A model generated the notes under the pieces. It did not search any database. It had not been told where the DNA came from and saw nothing but the letters and a program-made list of their open reading frames with translations. Source: a virus (Duplodnaviria > Caudoviricetes). From it: a stretch of DNA of 28,721 bases. Positions 7,159 through 16,100 of this stretch are shown in pieces; the first letter of the stretch is position 1; every line of letters starts with the position of its first letter. Made by a program: the position numbers and the translations under genes. Location: IMG/VR virus record IMGVR_UViG_3300014656_000100, positions 1 through 28,721 of that record; one strand, written 5' to 3'.

Positions 7159-7674
7159 ATGGTTATCAAGAATAGGGAGTACAGGAAACCAGAGATGCAG
7201 AGTTTTATAATAGATAAAATTAAGACTCCCTTAGTAAAGATTCAAAAACCTGTGAGTTTGTTGGGTGTGGTAAGGGTTGTCTTTCAAATGGCTGTGATTC
7301 TTGACAGGATTCGTAGATTACCTGAACCAACCAAAGAAAATACGATATATGAGAACACCAAGACCCTGATTGATATACGGGATATGTTTTCGGTTTATTA
7401 CACCAATCCCAGTCGGAAGATGGTGATGTTGGCACTCTGGAAGTGGGTGATAATAATGTATGACTGGGGACACGAGTATTCGAGTTTAGGTGACTGGGTA
7501 ATAGAGCAGATTATAAGAAGAGGTTGGGATAGGAGACCATATCAGCACCCCAGCCCTGATTTTTGGAAAGAACCAGAGCCTTATGGGGGCGGGTATAATC
7601 TTACAGATAAAGTTGAGGGGTATAAACTTTTCAATGATGTTAGGGATATAGGAAAGTATGAAAAGGGCGATTAA
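7159..7674 (+). CDS. hypothetical protein
   Basis: 171-aa ORF with GAGGGAG RBS. Confidence 0.7.
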   Translation: MVIKNREYRKPEMQSFIIDKIKTPLVKIQKPVSLLGVVRVVFQMAVILDRIRRLPEPTKENTIYENTKTLIDIRDMFSVYYTNPSRKMVMLALWKWVIIMYDWGHEYSSLGDWVIEQIIRRGWDRRPYQHPSPDFWKEPEPYGGGYNLTDKVEGYKLFNDVRDIGKYEKGD

Positions 7675-7810
7675 ATGGCTGATGATGCCGTTTTATATAT
7701 TTGGATTACTAATACTGGAAGGAGATAAGTTTATTCGTGTTAAAGCCAGAACAGCTAAAACGCCAGAAGACATGGATGCTTTAAGATATTTATTGGAACT
7801 TTGGAGGTAA
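7658..7810 (+). CDS. possible 50-aa protein with hydrophobic N-terminus
   Basis: Hand translation MKRAIKWLMMPFYIFGLLILEGDK...; fills the gap between neighbouring ORFs; AGGA RBS. Confidence 0.4.
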   Translation: MKRAIKWLMMPFYIFGLLILEGDKFIRVKARTAKTPEDMDALRYLLELWR

Positions 7811-7811
7811 A

Positions 7812-7994
7812 ATGACAGCGGAAGAGAAATTACAGGAACTATATAAACAACAAGAGCCTGTTGTGCTAGAGTCTAAGATTAGAAGTGGGGAGGCTAGTTT
7901 ACACGTTACTAACTCTGGTAGTGTTTATCTGGCAGCCGAACACATAGACCTGATAGCCAATCTAGTAATAGAGAGGTTGAATAATGGCAACTAG
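7812..7994 (+). CDS. hypothetical protein
   Basis: 60-aa ORF with GGAGG RBS. Confidence 0.6.
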   Translation: MTAEEKLQELYKQQEPVVLESKIRSGEASLHVTNSGSVYLAAEHIDLIANLVIERLNNGN

Positions 7995-8190
7995 AGAAGA
8001 GATAAAAGACCCTAAAGTAAGAGAGGAGTATGATAAGTTACAGCCAAAGTATGACTTAATTCAAAAGCGACTTAAAATTAGGAAAGAGATAGAGGATTTC
8101 ACTGACCATCCAGCTGCTTTATGGGCATATCTCGACTCTCAAGGCTTAAAATTACCTAATGGGGAGCCATTGATAGAGGTGAAGGAATGA
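7984..8190 (+). CDS. hypothetical protein, MATREEI...EPLIE family copy 2
   Basis: GAGG RBS; termini identical in DNA to those of 5965-6189. Confidence 0.7.
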   Translation: MATREEIKDPKVREEYDKLQPKYDLIQKRLKIRKEIEDFTDHPAALWAYLDSQGLKLPNGEPLIEVKE

Positions 8191-8378
8191 ATAGTAACAA
8201 TATTGAGATGTATTTTTCTGATACGACTGATTTAGATGCGGTGAGGTGTACTGAATGTGGAAGTATTGACTTTGATTACACAGAAACAAGGAAGTTTTGT
8301 GTACGCTGTGGTTTGGTTGCTAAGAAATCACTGTATAGTACAGCAGGTACAGAGGTAGAGTATGACAACTGGAACTAA
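8187..8378 (+). CDS. small zinc-ribbon protein (TFIIB-type ribbon pattern)
   Basis: CTECGS...FCVRCGLV; ATGA-coupled to the upstream gene and overlaps the terL start. Confidence 0.6.
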   Translation: MNSNNIEMYFSDTTDLDAVRCTECGSIDFDYTETRKFCVRCGLVAKKSLYSTAGTEVEYDNWN

Positions 8379-10647
8379 AGTAAAGCCTTTCAGGGAAATA
8401 ACTCCTGATGGGAAGCTGACACTAAATATGCACCCTGGACAGTCAAGGGTATGGAAGTCTCGCAAAAGATATATTGATATGCAGGCTGGTTCACAGGGTG
8501 GCAAGACGTGTTTCGGGCCTCACTGGTTGGATAGAGAAATAAGAACCTGCGGGCCTGGCGATTATCTGATAGGCACGGCTACCTTTCCTTTACTTGATAG
8601 GAAGTTACTTCCAGAGTTTCTGTATGTATTTGAATATCTATTACGCTATGGGACTTATAACGATAACAAGAAGGTCTTTACTTTCTTTAATGAGAAAACA
8701 GTCAAGAATAAGAGCGATTATATTCTGTTCCCCAACGCAGATGTAGATACCAAGATATTTATTGGCTCTGCTCAGAATCCAGAATCTATGGAATCCGCTA
8801 CTGTTAAGGCTATATGGCTAGACGAGTGTGGAATGAAAATGTTCAAGAGAGAAACATGGGAAGCTGTTGAACGGCGTGGTCTGATAAACAAAGCAAGGAT
8901 TCTTTTTACAACTACACTTTATTGCTTAGGTTGGTTCAAGACAGAAATATATGACCGCTGGGTTAATGGCGACCCTGATATAGATGTTATCCAGTTTGAC
9001 TCTATTGAGAATCCTGCCTTTCCTCTTGATGAATACCAGAGGATGCAAAAGAGTATGCCTGGCTGGAAGTTTAATATGATGCACAGGGGGCGATTTGACA
9101 AACCTACTGGGCTTATCTATGATGCCTTTGACTCGGCAAACGATGTGGTTGAGCCGTTTGAAATACCCTCTAGTTGGCCGAGATATGTAGGACACGACTT
9201 CGGGCCAGTTAATACTGTTGCCTTATGGAAGGCTTATGACCCTATGTCGAGTACAATTTATACTTATCGAGAATATTCAATGGGTCAGTTATCTACATTT
9301 GAACACGTTACGAATTGGATTGAATTATCAAAAAATGAAAGGATAGCAACACGAATGGGTGGTTCACTCACTGAGGATGGTTGGAGGGGTGATTTTACTC
9401 AGGCTGGATGGAGAATTGATAAGCCTTTAGATGGGAATGTATGGTCTGGGATAAACAGGGTTTATGGCTTTGAAAAGCTCCATAAGCACAAGGTATTCAG
9501 GACTTGCAAGAATTATTTAGCTGAGAAGCAAACATTTAGTAGAGAACTTGATGCCAACTATAATCCCATTGAGGATAAAATAGAGGACGCACAAATATAT
9601 CACCTTATGGCTTGTCTGGTGGGTGAGACATTGGTAACTACGGAAGATGGCTTGAAACCGATTAGAGATGTCAGAGTCGGCGATAAAGTCTTAACTAGGC
9701 AGGGATATTACCCTGTTAGAGATAAAATTGAGAAAGTGGCTGATACCATTGAAGCTAAGTTCTCCAATGGTCAAATCTTACAGGGGACTCCAGAACATAA
9801 TGTTTTTGTAAAAGAAAAAGGTTTTCTTCCATTGACAGCCCTGCGATATTATGATACAGTAGAGACATGGAACGAGAAACAGTTATTTACAGGGGCGTCA
9901 AATATCATCGGTATCCGCAAGCAAAGAGGCGGTCTGATAGGATCTACTTCAGGTCTAGCAGGGGTTATCTCCACAGGATTATCTGGCAGGATAACTTTGG
10001 CGCAATACCTAGGGGGTGTTGTATCCACCATAGGGACAATAATTCTGCGAATAATGAACTCTCTAATCTTGAATGTAAAGGACTTGGATTACACATATCA
10101 GAACATCTTGAAAATGGTGCGAGAATATATGACCTTGAACACCTTGCCCGAATACGTCCACTCGCAATTGAGCGATGGAAGCAATGGGCTTCTACTCCAG
10201 AGGGCAAAGCCCACCTTAGTCAGAGAGCAAAGCAAGAATGGGCAGATAAACAACCAATTACCAAGATGTGCCAATTCTGCGGGAAAGAATACCAAACCCT
10301 TGAACCCTCCCACAGTAAGTTCTGTTCACCAGCTTGCAAAACAGCCAACCGGTATGCTTCCCATAAAGATGATGAACAGCGTCAATGCGGAATCTGTGGC
10401 AAATCTTTTCTCATTAACAGATACGCACTTACCAGAACTTGCTCAAGAAAATGCGGTGCGATTTATAAACACAACATGCAAAGACAAAACAACTGTCTAT
10501 GACCTCAATATAGATACAGTCCACGAATACTACGCTAACGGTATCCTCGTTCATAATTCTGAGCGGTATATGATGACTCAGTTCAGACCGTTATCGGTAT
10601 TATCAGATGATGCCGATATAGCACTAGTAGGCACAATTAAGGGATAG
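8362..10647 (+). CDS. terL: terminase large subunit, intein-containing (761-aa precursor, ~446 aa after splicing)
   Basis: Q-motif HPGQ, Walker A AGSQGGKT, Walker B IWLDE, coupling motif TTT, RNase H-like GHDFG; the spliced C-terminus YHLMA|SERY corresponds to the DH..DA.RY motif; directly upstream of the portal. Confidence 0.92.
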   Translation: MTTGTKVKPFREITPDGKLTLNMHPGQSRVWKSRKRYIDMQAGSQGGKTCFGPHWLDREIRTCGPGDYLIGTATFPLLDRKLLPEFLYVFEYLLRYGTYNDNKKVFTFFNEKTVKNKSDYILFPNADVDTKIFIGSAQNPESMESATVKAIWLDECGMKMFKRETWEAVERRGLINKARILFTTTLYCLGWFKTEIYDRWVNGDPDIDVIQFDSIENPAFPLDEYQRMQKSMPGWKFNMMHRGRFDKPTGLIYDAFDSANDVVEPFEIPSSWPRYVGHDFGPVNTVALWKAYDPMSSTIYTYREYSMGQLSTFEHVTNWIELSKNERIATRMGGSLTEDGWRGDFTQAGWRIDKPLDGNVWSGINRVYGFEKLHKHKVFRTCKNYLAEKQTFSRELDANYNPIEDKIEDAQIYHLMACLVGETLVTTEDGLKPIRDVRVGDKVLTRQGYYPVRDKIEKVADTIEAKFSNGQILQGTPEHNVFVKEKGFLPLTALRYYDTVETWNEKQLFTGASNIIGIRKQRGGLIGSTSGLAGVISTGLSGRITLAQYLGGVVSTIGTIILRIMNSLILNVKDLDYTYQNILKMVREYMTLNTLPEYVHSQLSDGSNGLLLQRAKPTLVREQSKNGQINNQLPRCANSAGKNTKPLNPPTVSSVHQLAKQPTGMLPIKMMNSVNAESVANLFSLTDTHLPELAQENAVRFINTTCKDKTTVYDLNIDTVHEYYANGILVHNSERYMMTQFRPLSVLSDDADIALVGTIKG
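9613..10557 (+). mobile_element. intein (315 aa, residues 418-732 of TerL)
   Basis: Block A CLVGETLVTTEDG, block B GTPEHNVF, block F TVYDLNIDTVHEYYANG, block G ILVHN followed by Ser+1. Confidence 0.93.
9867..10502 (+). CDS. HNH homing endonuclease with C-terminal zinc-finger repeats, nested in an alternative frame within the intein
   Basis: YLHRIIW...G.IP.G..IHHRDNNSANNELSNLEC.....H...H HNH motif; CQFCGKEY...FCSPACK and CGICGKSF...TCSRKC fingers; offset from the terL frame is 1505 nt (not a multiple of 3). Confidence 0.88.
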   Translation: MERETVIYRGVKYHRYPQAKRRSDRIYFRSSRGYLHRIIWQDNFGAIPRGCCIHHRDNNSANNELSNLECKGLGLHISEHLENGARIYDLEHLARIRPLAIERWKQWASTPEGKAHLSQRAKQEWADKQPITKMCQFCGKEYQTLEPSHSKFCSPACKTANRYASHKDDEQRQCGICGKSFLINRYALTRTCSRKCGAIYKHNMQRQNNCL

Positions 10648-10656
10648 GAGAGTTTA

Positions 10657-12444
10657 ATGACAAAAATAGCTGACCTTAGAGGTAGTAAAGCCGTTCCGCA
10701 GTCAAATTCAATAGCTGCTCAAGCACCGGGTTCTGCCATTACAGATGATGAAATAATGAGTTGGATAAACTCAGTGGATATGGAATGGCGGAAACACATT
10801 TTTCAGCGTATGGATGAGGATGAAAAACTGTGGACGCTAGACCCTTATACTCTCAAAGACCCAGATGGTGAGACATTAGAGCGTGTAGTAAACGTTAATA
10901 TGAATGATGCCAGGGTTTTTGGAGAGCGTGTTTTAGCTGTTCTAAATGAATCTCAAGAGATTATTGAAATAAATGGGCAGCGTGATGGTAAGCCATTAGA
11001 CGGACACCAATCGGCAGTTATTGAAGATTGGTGGAGAGACCTGATGTATTTGGCAAATGAAAACCTTAACAGCATCTTGATGCCTGACTTTGATGTCTAT
11101 GAATGGGAACAAAATGCAATCAGAGGTGGGCAGATAGCGAGAATCCTTTTGTCTCAGGATAGAGATGGTTTTGATATTGACCTTTTACCAGTGGATAGAC
11201 GTAAATGCGTTTATTCTGTTGGTAGATGGGGGTTATCCAGGGTAGCCTTCTGGGATATTCTTGATAAAGATATGTGTAGAGAGGAATATCCCGATTATAA
11301 ACCGCTTGGAGAAGCAACAATAAGGTGGGATTTTTGGGATAGCAGGGAAGAAGTAGTCTTTTTAGATGGTAAATTTTATGAAGCTACATCGAATAAATTA
11401 GGATATCCTCCTTTTGTTATTCAATTATGCCAGCAAGGCACATTTCTTGATACTACAAATAGAGCATTAAGGATGCACGGTGAGTCTATATACTCTGCTA
11501 ATAGAGAACTTTATCCTGAGTTAAACAGGATAGCCTCAATCCTTCAAACAATGAATCAATTGGCTCTATCTCCCCCGCAAGTTCTGGGGAGTAAAAGTGG
11601 CAAAAAGTTACCAGATAAACCTATTTATAGGGCTGGCAATGTCTTGGCATTAGAAACTGAGGACTGGTTAAAAAGAATAGAGAGTCCAGATATACAGGGG
11701 TCACTCAGATTCTTTACGGCATCATTAGGGGGGGCAATACAGCGAGGTTCAATTTCTCATATAGACTGGGGTAATTTACAGTTTCAGTTATCTCAGGTAG
11801 CTATTGCCACACTAGCTGGAGCATCGAGACAGGTATTCACGCCAAGATTAAAGACTATGGATAGATTTAAGAGGATGCTATTTAAGGAAGCTAGATGGCA
11901 GTTTGAAACTTTTAATATGACAGCCGATATTGGCAGGGTTGGCAGAAAGAGAATTTATACTCCTGCTGACCTTGCTGGCAATTATACTGTAGACTTTGAG
12001 TATCTAACTGCTCTACCAGAAGAAACGGCTGCTACTTATGGGTTGGCACAGATGGCAGAGAGGTGGATGGATGACAGGAGTATTAGAAAGACAATCCTTA
12101 AATATCGGGATTACGATGACATTGACGAGAAATTCCTTGTTCAGACAGCTAAGAAGGTTAGCAGAGCATTAGCTTTATTTGAGATGGCTCAGGCTTTGGA
12201 TAAGCAGGGTAATCCAGACGAGGCTAGAATATTACTCATTGAAGTAGGTCAGACGCTTGAAGGAACTGCTCAGGGAGAAGTGAGTAAATTAACAGGTGTA
12301 GAGATACCGCAGGCTTCACCTCAACAGGAAGCACAGGCTTTACAGGTAGGTCAAGGTGGTCCAGTTGAAGGTGCGGTTAGAACAACCAGGAAATCAGAAC
12401 CGCCTGGTGCAGGAGAATTTATGGAAGAGGAGGTTGCGGTCTGA
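10657..12444 (+). CDS. portal protein (head-tail connector)
   Basis: 595 aa directly after terL; AGGAG RBS; portal-like segments (NKLGYPPFV, GESIY...RELY..LN...S) and a low-complexity C-terminus. Assigned from position and partial motifs. Confidence 0.75.
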   Translation: MTKIADLRGSKAVPQSNSIAAQAPGSAITDDEIMSWINSVDMEWRKHIFQRMDEDEKLWTLDPYTLKDPDGETLERVVNVNMNDARVFGERVLAVLNESQEIIEINGQRDGKPLDGHQSAVIEDWWRDLMYLANENLNSILMPDFDVYEWEQNAIRGGQIARILLSQDRDGFDIDLLPVDRRKCVYSVGRWGLSRVAFWDILDKDMCREEYPDYKPLGEATIRWDFWDSREEVVFLDGKFYEATSNKLGYPPFVIQLCQQGTFLDTTNRALRMHGESIYSANRELYPELNRIASILQTMNQLALSPPQVLGSKSGKKLPDKPIYRAGNVLALETEDWLKRIESPDIQGSLRFFTASLGGAIQRGSISHIDWGNLQFQLSQVAIATLAGASRQVFTPRLKTMDRFKRMLFKEARWQFETFNMTADIGRVGRKRIYTPADLAGNYTVDFEYLTALPEETAATYGLAQMAERWMDDRSIRKTILKYRDYDDIDEKFLVQTAKKVSRALALFEMAQALDKQGNPDEARILLIEVGQTLEGTAQGEVSKLTGVEIPQASPQQEAQALQVGQGGPVEGAVRTTRKSEPPGAGEFMEEEVAV

Positions 12445-12626
12445 TGAAAGTAATAATTAGTTCAGGTGAACAATATCCAGTTTTTACCATTGAAAGGACG
12501 TGGAGAAAAGGATATAACGGGAAACTGATAGTGGATATAGAAAAAGAATGGTTAGAAAGATATGAAAAATGTATGGTGGAGTGGGATTTAATCCAAGAAT
12601 ATCTCACAGATAAATACCCGTTCTAG
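12444..12626 (+). CDS. hypothetical protein
   Basis: 60-aa ORF coupled to the portal stop (TGATG); GGAGG RBS. Confidence 0.6.
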   Translation: MKVIISSGEQYPVFTIERTWRKGYNGKLIVDIEKEWLERYEKCMVEWDLIQEYLTDKYPF

Positions 12627-12714
12627 TAAATTATTATGAGAATAACCTGATGGATTATGTAGAAGATGAGAGTTTAAGAGCATTTTATATTGGAGTTAAT
12701 TAGAGGAGGTATAG

Positions 12715-12969
12715 GTGTATCGACCGAAAGACTGGCCGAAGTTTGAAGTGAAATATAATCCATTACATTGCTTTGCTCCAGAAGAGTGTACAAACTTCGC
12801 TTATGAAGAGGGGGCTGATGCTATGCTGGAGGGGCTAAAAGAGGATGGTAAGTATATTGATGCCTCAAAATATCCATATGGTATGGTTCTGAATGAGATT
12901 CCACCAATTGAAAAACTTACTAGGGAATTTAAGGGATGGATAATTATTATTCCAGAGGAGGTGACTTAA
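12715..12969 (+). CDS. hypothetical protein
   Basis: GTG start with GAGGAGG RBS; 84 aa. Confidence 0.65.
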   Translation: MYRPKDWPKFEVKYNPLHCFAPEECTNFAYEEGADAMLEGLKEDGKYIDASKYPYGMVLNEIPPIEKLTREFKGWIIIIPEEVT

Positions 12970-13121
12970 TGCCGTTTGTGAGTTCAGAGTTAAAGAAGTT
13001 ATCTAAAGATATTATTAACAGAGCACTTCAAAAACAAACATTTCAGCCGAGGTCTAATCTTTTAGTAGAAAGGTTGAGGCAGACTTTAAGAACTCAAAAA
13101 CCAAGAGCACCGAGGTTTTAA
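12969..13121 (+). CDS. small basic protein (50 aa)
   Basis: ATG 12969 has a GGAGG RBS and TAATG coupling on both sides; the track start at 12936 is probably too long. Confidence 0.6.
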   Translation: MPFVSSELKKLSKDIINRALQKQTFQPRSNLLVERLRQTLRTQKPRAPRF

Positions 13122-16100
13122 TGGTAGAGACTGTAATAAGAGATTTAACTGGTCAGATTATTGGGAACAGGAGAATTGTTACTAAATCACCTGTTAGTGG
13201 ACGTTATCTTATAAGAGAGACTGACACCGATGAAGTGTATTGGATGGAGCCAGAGGAATTAGAGAAACCTAAAGCCCCTCCAGTAGTAGAACCAGAAGCC
13301 CCCTTTAGATTACCACCAACTGTTCCAGAAGCCAGAGCACTTGAATTCCAAACAATGCCTGCTGGTGGTGGTAGTCGTGGGGTTGAAGGTGGCGAGATAT
13401 ATTATTCTCCCACAGGTGAATCATATTTTGTGCCTACAGGAACACCTTTCAGAACTGGTATTCCCATAACCAGTGAAGCTGACATATCAGGGATAAGAGA
13501 AAGACTGGCAACTATTCCAAGGCGACCTTCTGGAGTGCCAAAAGCTCCAGAGTTTAACCTTCCTGATATTCTAAGGAATGTCTATCCAGAGATGGGTGAA
13601 TCACCAGAAGAAGTTTTTAATGCTGCTCTGACTCTGGCGAGAGACGATCCTGAAGCCTTTGTTGAAGATTTAAGGGCGAAGGGTAGAAACGAATATACGG
13701 AATCTCTGCTGAAGGCTTTAGGGGCTGATGACCAGATGATAGACGATTTATATTCACAACAGGTTTCCATCCCGCAGCAGGCTGTTGTTGAAATTGAAGG
13801 CGTTAGAAAACTGATAATTTATGATACAGCAACTAACAGAGCCTACGATTCAACGGGTAAATGGATTGGTTCATATAATCCTAATAAAAAAGAGTTTACC
13901 CTAAAAGAACAACACAAATTGATAAGTCGTGGCTTGTATGAAAGATTGGGTTATGCCCCTGCTCCTCCAGTAAAGAGTTCTGAGGAAAGAAAAGAAAGGG
14001 TTAAGGCATTTCAATCGTATCGTAAGGCAGGGGGCAAGATGTTTTATGATAAGTGGGAAGCAATGGGTATGCCGGTTAGCCCAGAGGTAGAACCTCCCCC
14101 TATTTCAGATGAAGAGCGTCAGCGAATTATTGATGAGGAAGTTCGCAAGCATATGAATTTGCTCAAAGTATTGGGGGAAGGTTTAACTAAGGTACTACCC
14201 CAGGTAGCAGCTGCTTTTCTTAGTGGTATTCAAGGAGGACAAGGGGCAGTAGATATAGGCTGGGCTGATAGATTTATTGAGGATGCCAAGAAAGATTTAG
14301 ACCAGTTTGCTCAAGAGACATTTGATAAATATGGGGAAACAGGCTTGCCGTTTACAGTTTCAGATATAGCTTATTTACCCCAGAATATAGCTTATTCATT
14401 AATTACAATGGGAGCATTTGCAACTACAGCTGTCCCGATAGGAATGGTTCCATTGCCAGGGGCTAGAGTAGCTGCTTGGTTTCTTGGTTCAGCAGTTTCG
14501 GGAGTGGTGGCTTACCAAATAACTACTTACCAGATAACTAAGGAATACCTTGACCTTAAAGACGAAGAGAATATGAAGGAAACTGGCAGGCACTTAACTC
14601 TGGCTGAGAGACAACAATTATATGATGACTTTGAATCTAAGGCTAGGGCTTATGGGTTATGGGAAGCTTTGCCTGAAGCAATAAGTAATCTTGCTTTTGC
14701 TAGAATATTAACTCTACCGCTAGGTAGAGTAGTGGGCAGAAGTATAGCAACTAAGATTTTAAGTAAATTCGTTGGTATATATGGTGAGGAGTTCTTGACG
14801 GAAACAATAACCCAAAAGGGTCAATCGGCAATAGAAGTTCAGGCAGGACTTAGGGAAGGTAACATAACTTGGGTAGAAGCCTTCAAGGAAGTAGCCCCGC
14901 AGACCTTCCTTCTAACGACAGTGATGGGAGGTCTTGGGCAGAGTGGTATTTCTACTATTAACCGAATTAAGAAGTCCTTAAAAACTGAGATTACAGAAAC
15001 TCATCCTCTTTATAATGAGATTGTCAGCGAATTAGATAAAAGTCAAGGATTACTAGACAGGATAGTTGAGGGAGCGAAAGGGGTAAGAGAACGAGTAAGG
15101 GAAGCACCTGAGCGTGGTGCGATAGAAGGAGTACCTAAAAAACCTTGGCAGATGATAAATAATGAATATATGACAAATAAGGTACGGCAATCTAACCCTG
15201 CTGCTAGTGAATCTGAAATAAGAAGGATAGTAAATACCATTCCCGATAGATTGAGGGAAACTGAACACAAACAACTTGTGCAGGATGCTCTCTCTGAAGG
15301 TAAACCTGTCCCTGCTGAAGTATTAGCAGAATATCCTGATTTAGTTAAAGGAGTACCAGAGGGTAGACCAGAGGTTACAAGAGAGATTAAGATTATTGGT
15401 GAAGATAAAACACTATTAGATAATATCAGACCTGAAATATCCGATTTCTTGAAGGGTATGTCTGATTCAACTGTTTATATTGTGCCTCGTGGAATGAAAG
15501 GATATGGATATGTAGGCAGGGGTATGGAGGATAGACCCTATGATTTATACATAGGCGAAAAGAAGGGGAAGCAAGAATTAAATGAAACTATCCTTCACGA
15601 AGCGATACATCAAATTGAAAGCGGAAGATGGAATACCCCATTAGCCAAACAGATGAGAGAAGAATGGAGAAGTCTGAACTTTGAGGACAAAACTCCGCAG
15701 GAATTAAAAGAATTAGGATTTTTTGACACACTATTTATGTTCAGGAAGTCTACTGCAGATGCAAGGAAGAGGGGTGAATTTCTATCGGAGATGGCGGAGG
15801 AATATATTGTCAGACCCCAAGAATTGGAGAAATCCGCTAAACCCTTGTATGACTTTTTCAATAAATATATTAAAGCCGTTCCTGAAGTTACAATAGAGAA
15901 TATAGCATATCACGGAACATCATCAGTTCATTTAGAGCAAATAAAAAGAGAGGGATTAAAGCCTTGGCGATTAACAAAACAACAATTACCGAAAACTTTA
16001 ACGGAAGTAGGTGATTATGTCTATCTATCGTTGAATCCTGAAACTGCGAAATCTTTTGCATCTGAAATGACAAACCGTTTGAAGATGTCATCTGAATATC

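Noticed and set aside
9780-9866. Programmed frameshift fusing the intein N-terminus to the HNH frame
   Set aside because: The HNH frame has a TGA at 9852-9854, and there is no slippery heptamer in the 12 nt before ATG 9867. Independent initiation is more likely, although its RBS is weak.
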